A stretch of 63,423 nt of DNA, filler included, from Intoshia linei (lineage: Eukaryota; Animalia; Orthonectida), in NCBI GenBank assembly GCA_001642005.1. It is 7 parts of 7 records of this genome, joined end to end, with 100 filler letters (N's around TTAATTAATTAA, not from the genome) between each part and the next. Parts side by side here need not be neighbours in the genome. Positions count along the whole stretch, not along the records: positions 1 to 16,071 come from LWCA01000888.1; positions 16,172 to 38,541 come from LWCA01000596.1; 5 more parts are not named here. One strand, written 5' to 3'. Position 1 is the first letter of the stretch; each line of letters begins with the position of its first letter. A program made the translations under genes and the position numbers. The notes under the pieces are model-generated. The model was given only the letters and a program-made list of their open reading frames with translations, was not told the DNA's origin and did no database searches. Below are positions 12,297 through 23,257 of the stretch, piece by piece.

Positions 12297-15200
12297 TTAA
12301 TAAAATACAATGTCACTCGTGTGTATATAATTTTTTACAATTTCAATTCGATTGGAATTACCAGCGCAATAAACTGTCTAAATTTTACATTAATTGAATA
12401 TACATAGTTTTAATTAAGATTATCATACATCTGCAATATTGACAAGGCTGCTGATATTATCAGTTTGCAATTCACAAGTTTGAAAATCTTGACCGCTAAA
12501 ATTCCAATGATCCAAGCTAGTTTTTTCTGATCCAACCAAAATCTTTTAAAAATGTTTAATATTTTTTATTTTTTTAATTTAAACTTTGTACAGTAAAAAT
12601 AAAACTTAAAATTATACTCTAGAATTGGCCATTTTGAGACAAGTTATATTTTTGTAATTTGTTTGATTATACACGTTGACTAGTTTTCTCATATTGACGT
12701 TCCATAAGGAAGGTATTGGACCACCTCCAACAACCTAATTTTATTTAAATTAAACATTTTCAATCCTAACTTATATAAAATGCGACGCGATTTTTGTTTG
12801 TGTGTGTCTGTCTGTGTGTTCAGCTTTATTTAAATAACTACCCGTCTTAGAATTTTTTAAAGACCACATTGCAATTACAGTTTTTTTCGGGACGTATATT
12901 AAGATATATTTCAACCTCCCAATTTCACATCTTAAAGGTCAAAAACCCCTGTTGTCTGTCCCGTGTGCCTGTTGATATAAATAAAAAATTTCAACTCCAG
13001 AAATCTACGCATTCCCGGTGAAAAATGATTTTTAATATATTATCAACCAATATTTTTCAAATATTTCAATTAACAATGTAACGATTAACGATGTAAAATC
13101 AAAAATTGAAAATGTAAATATTGATCCTAAAATTTCAAAAAAATTTGTATTCTACGTCTACACATTTCCAATGAAGACATATGGGTGAAAATCTATATAA
13201 TTCATTCCTTCGGAATTTTTTTTATTGCTACGCAATTTTTAATTTTCAAAACATTTTTTATAATCTTCAAATTTTAACACTACAGCAACGAATTTATAAA
13301 ATTAAATTTATATTAATTGAAACGTGTTATTTTTTTTATTGATAATTGTTACCAATTTAACATAAAATGGTAAAAAGAAAAGTAACATTCACAAGAAAAA
13401 AGGCCAAAAGTATGGACACATTTTTATATTACAATCCTTTGCAATAATGGTAAAATTCGACTGAAATATTTATAAAGTGAATATTCAATTAATTATTTAT
13501 ACAAAATTGGTATTTTTAAGTATTTATTAAATTGATACTGAATATATGTCATCACATTGAAAATGACAAAATATGTTTTTATAATTTTATTTTTTCTGGA
13601 ATTTGCTATTTATGACAATTTTTAGGATTGGACTGTTGTTACTTTATTTTTAATATTATACACACATTCTGTCTAATAAATTACAAAAATGGGATAACAA
13701 TTGTTTTTAAATTCTTTACGCAAATGTTAACAAAACAAAAGATTGATAATAGTTAATAGTAGAATTTTCAAGTTAGATTTTCAACGTGAATTTATTTTTT
13801 TGGTATAATAAAAGAATGCCCTCTCAGCAGAGCTAGGTGCTGTTTGTACGTAGTACAAAACTGCCAAGCTAGTGTGTTTATAATAATAATGATCTTACTA
13901 GCCAGTTATCTCTTTCGTCCATTAATGTAATGTAGCCATTTTTGTTGCTTACCGTTGTAATCTAATTGGATGACAGTTGTTATTGTGAAAACAATATACC
14001 TCATCGATCGGTTTAAATTTCCAAATTGATTTATTGTCGTTCAAATCTATGAAATGATTAAAAAGGTACAAATTATTTAGATTTTCATGTACTGTATCGA
14101 CCGATTAAGTGTACCAATTTTAAAAAAGTGTTCGTTTTAGCAACTGGTTCATATATTGTTGATGTCAAACCTTTTGTCGAGTGGATACCATAAAAAAATA
14201 TTATAAATCATATAATGTATCCATATTTATGTATATTAAAAAAATATTAATCAGCTGTGAAGCACTTATGTGGATCCTCCAAACTACAAATATTATCATC
14301 TTATGTATGGCCAGGGGAACGTATATATATTTTTTTAAAATTCCAGGACTATTTGTTTAATAATAGACACAATCATTTAAACCAGTGGTCACCAAACTAC
14401 GGCCCGCGAATTACAAATCTATTACAAAATACACCGATGATATCTTATAAATTATCATATATCATTAACTTAGGTTTTAAATATATACTATCTAGTCCAG
14501 TGGTTGCCAAAGTGGTCCACAATAAAAATTTTTAATAAAATGAAGTTAACCTTTTTTTAAACAATAATATTAAATTAGAATACTATTCATTATTATTATT
14601 AGTGAACATAAATATCATTTCATAAAAATAAAGTGAAAATTTACTGAATAACGTGAATAATTTTCACGTGAGTTAAATTTAATCTATGTAACGATTAACG
14701 ATTATGTTCGATAATCGTTCCCAGAATCCAACCTAGCAAACTCGTGACTACATACAGTTTATTTTTTTAAATTTTTTTCTAGTTCAATTTTTTTCGATTT
14801 TATTTTTTGTTTAAATACAATTTAAATAATGTAAATAGCCACAATTCGAGAAATTCAATCGTTAATAAAATTCAAAAAAATTGAACTAGAAACAAATTTT
14901 AAAAAATAAACTGTATAACTAAACATCGAGAACAATATTATGAAGTCTGTACCATGTTTAAAAGCTCAAACGTTAATTTCCGTTAAAATAAACTTCAGTT
15001 TTAATTTTGTAATATATAGTATATATAAAGAAAATTTTAAATGGTCAGACTATCTTCAATATTCGTTGAAATGCATTAATATTTTGGAAATATCATTTTT
15101 TTATACTTGATCACTATTATATCTAAGAATGTTCAAAAATATAATTTTTCATTTTTTTTGAGACACCTTAATGTACATGAATTAGCCCACATACATTTAA

Positions 15201-15421
15201 AAAGTACTCCAAATGGAAACAAATCCATCCTCATCAGTAGCTATCAGAGTATTTTCTTTACATCTAATATTGTGTACAGTATTTGAACATTTGAGTGTAT
15301 TCTGAATATGAAATAATTATAATTGAATAGCAAAAATATTAACCGTAATTTTTTCAGTTTCAATGTCATATATATAAATTAATCCATTATTAGAACCAAT
15401 ATAAGCATACTGTCCGTCGTA
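12297..15421 (-). CDS. THOC6: THO complex subunit 6 (WD40), 5' part missing
   Basis: Exons 15344-15421, 15208-15301, 14000-14046, 13899-13961, 12618-12734, 12429-12542, 12297-12377. Reads IYIYDIET..., ATDEDGFVSIWNL, DNWLVVGGGPIPSLWNV and AGNSNRIEIVKNY, matching THOC6 hallmarks (WMVCGGGP..LW; AGNS.RVDV). Not in the ORF track. Confidence 0.85.
12764..13872 (+). mobile_element. Complete non-autonomous Helitron (~1.1 kb) in a THOC6 intron
   Basis: A|TC 5' end followed by a (TG/TC)n tract; 3' hairpin TTTGTAC-GTA-GTACAAA at 13843-13859; CTAG|T terminus; no TSD. Confidence 0.85.
14751..15170. mobile_element. TAGGGTGTC-family hAT MITE fragment with internal foldback
   Basis: Inverted repeat ~14751-14800 / ~14872-14918. 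Ends AGACACCTTA and shares internal sequence with 11683-12156. Confidence 0.65.
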
Positions 15422-15613
15422 CTATACAATTGAATTAGAATAAATGCTATAATTATAAAATACTCACTAGATATTAGTCTAATAATAAAAATACAATAAA
15501 AAAGTTATAATAATGTTAATGTATCATAAATTAAAATATAATTATATTGTTTCTAAGTATATTATGTATTATAAAAATCATTTGATTTAAAAAACTTATG
15601 ATGGTTAAATGAT

Positions 15614-16071
15614 ATCCTTACTTATATAATATGCTTTGTTTGTCTGTGTGTGAGTTACCGTTTATTTAAATAAATAACAGTTTTCGAATTTTATAAAGTC
15701 CACATTTCAATTACAGTTTTTTCCGGGGTGTTGGCAAAATAAATTTCAACCTCCCAAACTCATATCTTACTGGTCAAAAAGCCCAATTGTTCTTTTTTTC
15801 TAAATCAAGCGAGAATTTAAAACAATAAACACTTTGATACGGATTTTAAAATCATAAACTTAAATTTAAAAAAATATATCTTCAGGGCCAAAACCCCTAA
15901 TTACCATTTTTTTAATGAAAACATCCCTATAATTTAAAAAAATTACAGGTGGTACAGTTGTATACTGTTAATACACACAAAAATTTTCAATCTGAATAAG
16001 TGAAGACTTCACGGTTAAAAAAAGCATTTTAGTATTCATATTTTTTTTCCGAAATATTTTATTAAAACAAA
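15614..16071 (+). mobile_element. Helitron 5' fragment truncated by the gap
   Basis: A|TCCTTACTTATATAATATG...TTTGTTTGTCTGTGTG start, homologous to the 12764 element. Confidence 0.7.
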
Positions 16072-16171
16072 NNNNNNNNNNNNNNNNNNNNNNNNNNNNN
16101 NNNNNNNNNNNNNNNTTAATTAATTAANNNNNNNNNNNNNNNNNNNNNNNNNNNNNNNNNNNNNNNNNNNN
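16072..16171. other. Assembly linker N-TTAATTAATTAA-N (also 38542-38641, 40455-40554, 51455-51554, 58956-59055, 61233-61332)
   Basis: Six identical 100-nt spacers with a stop-in-all-frames core. Confidence 0.97.
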
Positions 16172-16541
<370 letters not shown>

Positions 16542-17741
16542 GTGGATGTATATTTCATTTGTTAATTTTAATTGTAATAAATATTTTAATGTAGTTTTAT
16601 TTTTTTGAAAAATTTCGTGACATCATCGGTTTTTAATTTTTATTGGAATCTTTTTGTCGTTTGTATAAAAAATAATATTTTTAATTACTCAATTGATGAC
16701 CTTGTTTCATATACTTGACAACCAATCTAAATTCCTATCAAGTTGTTCTTAAACTTTTTTGATTAACTCAATTCTAATTTTTTATTATCACGACAAATTT
16801 TGAGTGCGTGATTTCTGTGATACACAGATTTATTAATAATCTACAATTTTGTAATTACAATTTAATCCAACCCGGCATCGTACTTGTTTATTGTTTTAGA
16901 AAATTTTAACTGAATGTCTACTAATATATTATTCCTTTTGTCAGAAATAGTAATTGAGTTTTTTCCTTTATATTTGTCATACAGTAATAATTTTATTTTA
17001 TTACAAGTCGTTTTTAACACTGAAATTGAAATTTACTATTGTGTCGACATGTACTTTTGAAAACGTTAGTTTGTTCCCTACATTGGAATAGTATAAAGTT
17101 CGGCAGGTTTGGTATATCAATACAGTCCGACTCCGTTTTGAGGCAAATTTTTGTGTGGGGCACTTTGCTAATGTAATGTTTAATTTCTTAACATTTAAAG
17201 CTATCGCACAGCAATACATTTGAAATTAACCCTGTTTTGGGACAAAAAATAATAGTAATTTAATTTCTAGTTATATATTTAATTATTCTTGTAATACCAA
17301 AATTAAATAATTCTAGTAAATTAGATATCGCAAAAATGTTAAATTATCCGAAATGCTTAAAACTAAATAATATTGTAATACAGTATTTTTGTATAGTTAA
17401 AATCATTCATATCTATATCCATATTAAATTCTATATCTGAGTAAGATATATTGGGTGATTGTGAATATACTATATAAAAATTTAAACGATATAATCAGTG
17501 ATTACTAATGAAAATTCTTCTAATATACGGTTATACATTGAACTTAATTATTTATATCAAAAACCCCATTATTTGGGGCACTTTGCGAATATTACTGCCC
17601 ACACCAGGGTCTGACTGTATTATCCAACTACCCTTACTAGTCTACCAACAAATCTGAATTTCACATTTGTGAAATTACGTAAGTGTTGTCCTGAATATGT
17701 AAAGTTTTGAATTGTAGTATTAACGCAAATATTGACTAAAA

Positions 17742-20700
17742 ATGAATACTAATGAAACACTTGAGGATTTAAACAGGATAAAATTTTGCCTATATTACAA
17801 TTACTTGATTGAGAATGATATAATAAACGAAAAAAATATTGAAGATTTCATCATTGAATTGGAGAAATCTTCTTTTCCTATAGAATTAATTTTAAATTCT
17901 GTCAATGCTGAAAAATACACCAGTGGTATAATCGACGGTATATTTTTGATAATTAAATGCTTAAACTGGTGACCTTTGGACTGGAAACTGGTAAACATGG
18001 TTAATAAACTTGCAATCAAAAATATTGTGCCCTAAATTTCAAAAACTTTCTTGATTTTAGTCTTAACAATTAAAAATCTCCTTAACCATGATAACACCCT
18101 TCATAAAAGTGCATAATAAAATTATGAATTGTAAAACAATTATTCATACCAATGTATTCTAGTCTACAGTGACGATTTAATTCAAAAACTCGAAGATGAA
18201 AATAAATATATAAATAATATCAACAATTGTCAAAATAATCTAGTTAAAATCATGTTCTATCAAGTAGATTTAAAACATGAAAAAATTGACAGAATGAAAA
18301 TAATTGTAAATAGAAGTTCATCAATATTTGATAAGGTACAATTGATTCTACACGTATATAAAAATTACACACTTTACCTCTAAACTTGCCCATTCCATCA
18401 AATTTTACTACAATATAGTCATTACAATATTTTTATTTTAGCTTCATGGATCTGAAGATTTGTGCAATTTTTATCAAACCAACATGTACGTAATGAATGA
18501 TTATTTTCAATTAAACATTGATAAAATTGAAGAAGAAACAAAAATCATTCTTGAAGAAAATGAAAAACTATCCATAAATATATACAATAAACTATTTCAA
18601 CCAATAATAAATTATCGAAAAGGTTCATCCGCGTCAAGAGATAAAAATGCAGACTTTACAAAAACAAAACGATTTTTATATGAAATTTTGGACAATCAAA
18701 AATTATTACTAGATACTATTTTACTTGAAATAGAAATTGTTGACAATGATTCAATCGATTTAAAAAAAAACCATGATTTACTAATTCAAGATGTTGACGC
18801 GTCTATTAAGGCAATCAAGAATTTTAATTTGGTATACGAAAAAGATAATTCTGTTTTAAATCAACTTGTAGTCAGGTTTACAAAGTTGTTGGAAGATAAA
18901 TCTAATCGCAATACCGATGAATTGATAATGTGCAATAATCTTTTGGAGTATTGCAATTTTTTTTTAAATTTACAATTCTATTTAGTGTACTTCATGATAG
19001 TGTTCATAGTGAGAAAATTTTTAAAAAATCCTTGATGAATTGGTGCAACAGTGTATTACAATGTGTAATACTAACGATAAAATTACTTTTACATTTTATA
19101 TCCATTTTTTTCTTTATTTTCGTTCCAATATATATAATTTTTTTAGAGAGATGTGTCTAATTTTACAACCGTTTGGAATGATAAATGCTTAATTATATGT
19201 TTAATAAAGAAATTGTTCCCCAACAAATTTCCAATTGATTTCATGAAACAATCTATAAATGTACGTTATATTGATGGGTATTCATTTTATTACCATGTTT
19301 GGAGTTTCAGTTTATGTTAAGAATTACGATAAGTAAACGTAGATTAATCTAGGCTGACCAATGAAGAGCGAACCTATAGTGTATATGACTAGGCTACCCG
19401 AAAATTAAAAGTATTTCACAGTCTATGCGTAGTATCATATACCCCATAGCTGCTATATGTCTCTATAAGGAGTGTCTTGACTTTATTTTAAATTTTACAC
19501 AAAATAAAAATCATATTCAAGAATATAATTTTTTTAACGCTTAATTTGGAAAAATTTTGCCCTCATTTTACAAAAATGTCGTTTACTCACAAGCTTCCCG
19601 AATATGGGTGTAGTGATATATCGCTATCATACTAATCGAGACTCGAATATATACTTTTGATATAACTCACTTATGATGTCTAACTGGCAGACTGGTTAGT
19701 CATATAATTGTATTTTGCGTGGCTAGGTTTGAATTCCGATTTGGATATCTTTTTATTTAAGATGAACTTATCTGAGTTCGTCTCTGCCAATCGTTACAAT
19801 GGGTATCAGTACACTTTCAGTTTTGTTCAGGTTTGGATCAATGACCAATAGTCATTGACCATTCTAGATTTTATACTCAAATTCATACAATCAGTTGTTA
19901 TTAGCAACAACAATAAAAGTTAATTACAAATTGAAATTTAAAATGGTAAAATAAAGTTTAGCTCGTTTTAAAAACTTAGACTTTCAAAAAACTAAATTTG
20001 AATTAATAATTACTAATTAATAATAATATGTTAAAACTCCATACTTTTATAATAAATTTGTACAGAAAACACTCGAAAATGTATTGTAAACACTATAAAT
20101 AGCATGTAATTTTTGATTTGTCTATTTTTTATTCTAATTTTTTAAATTTAAAGTTTAAATTTAACATTTTGAACGAATGCATTCGAATGGTAACAGAATG
20201 TGTGAATATTTTAGATTTAAATATAGTGGCCAGAAAAATACGTACTATCAATTTTAGTTTATTTGGTGATACATGTAAAGCCAAAACTACTTATCTATGA
20301 TAACGATTAAAAATTTTCGGCTTAAAATTTATTCCAAATAAACTTAAAGTGATAGTACGTATTTTTCTAGCCATTTTAATTTAAACGATACATTTTTAAT
20401 TTTAGAATCAAATAAAATTTGTTTTGGAAATTTTGTCGCAATTGGGGATATATATTCCCTTGGTATCATTTTATATAGAGTAGCAGCCGTTTATAGCGAT
20501 CCGTGAATAAGTTTTAATAACTTACAAATTATTTTTATATTTTGCATTGTAACGACATGAAACAATTTTTTATTTACTTGTAAAAATATAAACATTACAA
20601 TCAGGGTTTAAATTTGGAACCAATTAATTCAAATTGCTCTAAAGTCGTTAAGCAACAATACATACAATTGTGTACATTTCATATAATTTTAAATAACATA

Positions 20701-22217
20701 TTAGTCCAGTGGTTCCCAAACTTTTTCCATCATGGACCAATTGTCACACAAAAAAAATACCCTTAATTCTGAACACGCCACTGAGGTAATATTTTGATTT
20801 TTTTATTATGTATTTTTTCTTAAATCGTATTTTTTATAGTATTTGTATTTGTATTTTTATGATATCAAAAATTTTACATTAATTTTGACAAGGTAGCTCC
20901 AATGGATTTTAATTCTTATGGCAATTAAAAAAATTCTTAATTTTAAACATACTTATCGCGAACTATCAGTGCCGTATGCGAGATTCTTCCACCGAGGGAT
21001 CTCAACGAAATTTTTTTAAAATGGAGGCTTTAATTTACTAAATTGAGCATTAAAAAAATTCTTGAATATCAATTCATTTGAGTGTTAAATTTAAAATATC
21101 AACTCAAGAATCTTAGAAAGGTGGATAGGGTTATATGACCTGATAATTCGTTTACAAAATTTTTTAATGGACTATTTTTTATTTTTAAAGTGGCGACGGC
21201 CTTAAATTTAATGCAGGGGAAAATTATTCCCGTTATTCAGTAAATTTTTATTGTGGACCACTTTGGGAAACACTGTATTAGTCGAATGCTTTAAAGTCGT
21301 TAAGCAACAATAAATAAATATTTACATTTTACTAATTATAAGGTTTTTGAGTCTTTATTTAGGTTAAATTAACAAGTGTATTGTGATAAAAATTTTAAGA
21401 TAAGTCGTATCGTTAGAAAATTTATTATAATTATGTAAATTTTCATCGGTCTTGCGCCGCACTGTTGATTCAGACGGTATTTTCATGTTAATCCATTTAT
21501 ATAGAAAATATTTAACGCTTTTCATATTCAATTTATGAATAGGTATAATCTGATGCCGTAAAAAAATTGCCAGGTCCTTTATAAATTGTGAATTTTTAAC
21601 TGAGCTGGAATCATCGTCTATTGCAATTACAACATCTGGGTCATTTTCAATATGTATGGTACTTTTAGAGTGCTTCTCAATACTTTTTTTAGACTTAAAA
21701 TGACGTTGCAGTATTTACACTTAATCGCATGTCCGTCTTTTTGTAAAAATTTAAACATAGCACAGTATATTTCTGCCAGTTTTGCTTTATCTTTTTGGCA
21801 TAGCTATAAATGAATTATAAAATGATACTTAAAAAAATTACTTATCAATGATAATTTTGTTGTAAATGAAAAAGTTCATAATTAAATTCAAAATAAAACG
21901 ATGAAATGTAAACACAATGATGCAAACTTCCTTAAGAGCATCATTAAAATCTTGCTTAATTTAGTCATTATGCTCTATGAATGGCGGTAGTCATTACATA
22001 TAATTTGAAAGATGAATATATGAAACATGTTTTGAATATTAATTTACCGTTTTATCTAAATGCTGCTATACTTACCTAAACTGTTTCTTTTAATTTCATG
22101 CTAAATTGTTAATTTTAGGGTTTAAGGTCAAATATATCCGTTTCAGAGTGTGAATTGGTTGATTTTATTGTGCAAATTCGAGCTATCGATAATTTACAAA
22201 AATCTGAAATTGTTTAA
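17742..22217 (+). CDS. Coiled-coil protein with C-terminal calponin-homology domain (cytospin/SPECC1- or smoothelin-like architecture)
   Basis: Exons 17742-17937, 18163-18335, 18442-18947, 18986-19064, 19147-19260, 20406-20462, 22119-22217. Spliced C-terminus KKSLMNWCNSVLQCRDVSNFTTVWNDKCLIICLIKKLFP...QIKFVLEILSQLGIYIPL fits a type-2 CH domain. AATAAA overlaps the stop. Last exon is less certain. Confidence 0.7.
19609..19798 (+). mobile_element. Solo LTR containing a tRNA-like Pol III cassette (copy 1)
   Basis: TGTAGTG...CGTTACA with 5-bp TSD ATGGG. A-box TGGCAGACTGG, B-box GGTTTGAATTCC, stem GATGTCTAA/TTGGATATC, then a T-run. Confidence 0.8.
20225..20375. mobile_element. ~150-bp GTGGCCAGAAAAATACGTAC MITE family (other copies ~27290-27432, ~28167-28330, ~30760-30915, 54602-54759)
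   Basis: Long imperfect TIRs and shared core GATAAGTAGTTTTGGCTTTA. The 54602-54759 copy has TAGTGTGG termini and a 7-bp TSD CGTAAAC. Confidence 0.8.
20707..21275. mobile_element. hAT/Buster MITE
   Basis: CAGTGGTTCCCAAA...TTTGGGAAACACTG; perfect 8-bp TSD TATTAGTC. Confidence 0.88.
21440..21801 (-). pseudogene. CGGBP1-like (zinc finger + Hermes-type DNA-binding) transposon-derived fragment
   Basis: Across frameshifts: FLQKDGHAIKCKYCNVIL..SIEKHSKSTIH...FIKDLAIFFTASD-IPIHKLNMKSVKYFLYKWINMKIPSESTVRRK. Early stop and two frameshifts. Antisense in the last intron of the CH gene. Confidence 0.7.
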
Positions 22218-22429
22218 ATAAAAGTTTCTCTAATCTAGGCTGTAATATTTAAATATTCATTTTTTCTGTTTAAATCCTTATTTGTATATTATTAAAATAT
22301 CTTATTATGAACATGATTAATAAACTTGTAAGTAAAAGTCTCTAAAAATGGATATCTGCGTTTGTAAACATTTATTGATAAACTGATTGTGTCGAAAATT
22401 TAAATAACGGCTTATATAAATAATACTTT

Positions 22430-23170
22430 ATTTATATAGAATTGACTGTCTGTGTGTTACCGTTTAATTAAGAAATTAAACTTTCTATAAATTACAAAAA
22501 TCCAGTTTTCATTAGTAAATTTAATTTTCAAAAGTGGAATCTTTCAGGATTAAAAGCCCAAATTGCGATTTTTTTGAAAAATAAAATCATTTTTAGAATT
22601 TTAAATTAAAATGGAAATATTTTCGTAAATCTCAACCTCAGTAACTTACGTCTTCATGGTAAAAAATACAGATTACCCTTTTTTTTATAATGAAAAAAGT
22701 TGTGACTTGATATAAATAATTGCAGCTGATAGGGTTATATCTAGTTAACAGACACAAGAAATTTCAATGTCATAAAGTGACGCCTTTATGGTCAAAAAAG
22801 CACTTTAGTTTAATGTTTTTTTTGTGTAACTATTTTGCTAAAACAAAAAATACTCAATACTAATCGTTCCAGAATTTACAAGAAATTATTATGCTAATTT
22901 TAGATTCAATTGGTGTAAATACAATATTTCAACCTCAGAAATCTACGCACTCCCGATGAAAAATAACTTAAAATGAAAATTTAAATATTCATCCTATAAT
23001 TTCAAAAAAAAGTGGGAATTGACCGTATACACAATAAAAATACAGAAATATGGGCTTCAATCTTATAAATTGATTACTTCTGTTTTATTATCATTGTTAC
23101 TTAATTTCTCATTTTCAAAAAATTTCAAATTTTAGAATCAACTTAAATATAACTTTGTCAGATAATTTTG
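22430..23170 (+). mobile_element. Diverged Helitron-family copy (similar copies ~1380-1900, ~26730-27090, ~48980-49240)
   Basis: TTTATATAGAATTGACTGTCTGTGTGTTACCGTTT start. Internal CAACCTCAGAAATCTACGCACTCCC block is shared with the 12764 element. Confidence 0.55.
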
Positions 23171-23257
23171 TGATTTATTTCAATTTGTGGTTACATTGCT
23201 TCATCAGAAATACATGATAGAAGTAAAAACTATGTACTAAAGTTTATTACTTTAGAC

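Noticed and set aside
14257-14535. 92-aa plus-strand ORF
   Set aside because: Runs through hAT MITE ends (CAGTGGTCACCAAAC, CAGTGGTTGCCAAAG) within a THOC6 intron.
16072-16171. Recurrent TTAATTAATTAA motif flanked by Ns
   Set aside because: Artificial scaffold linker with identical geometry at six places; not biological.
19675-19754. Functional tRNA gene or SINE
   Set aside because: Anticodon and T arms do not pair well, and the unit sits inside TG...CA termini with fixed 5-bp TSDs and no tail.
21431-21538. Plus-strand VDSDGIFMLIHLYRKYL as the last CH-domain exon
   Set aside because: No in-frame AG acceptor after the upstream stop; the region is better explained by the minus-strand CGGBP-like relic.
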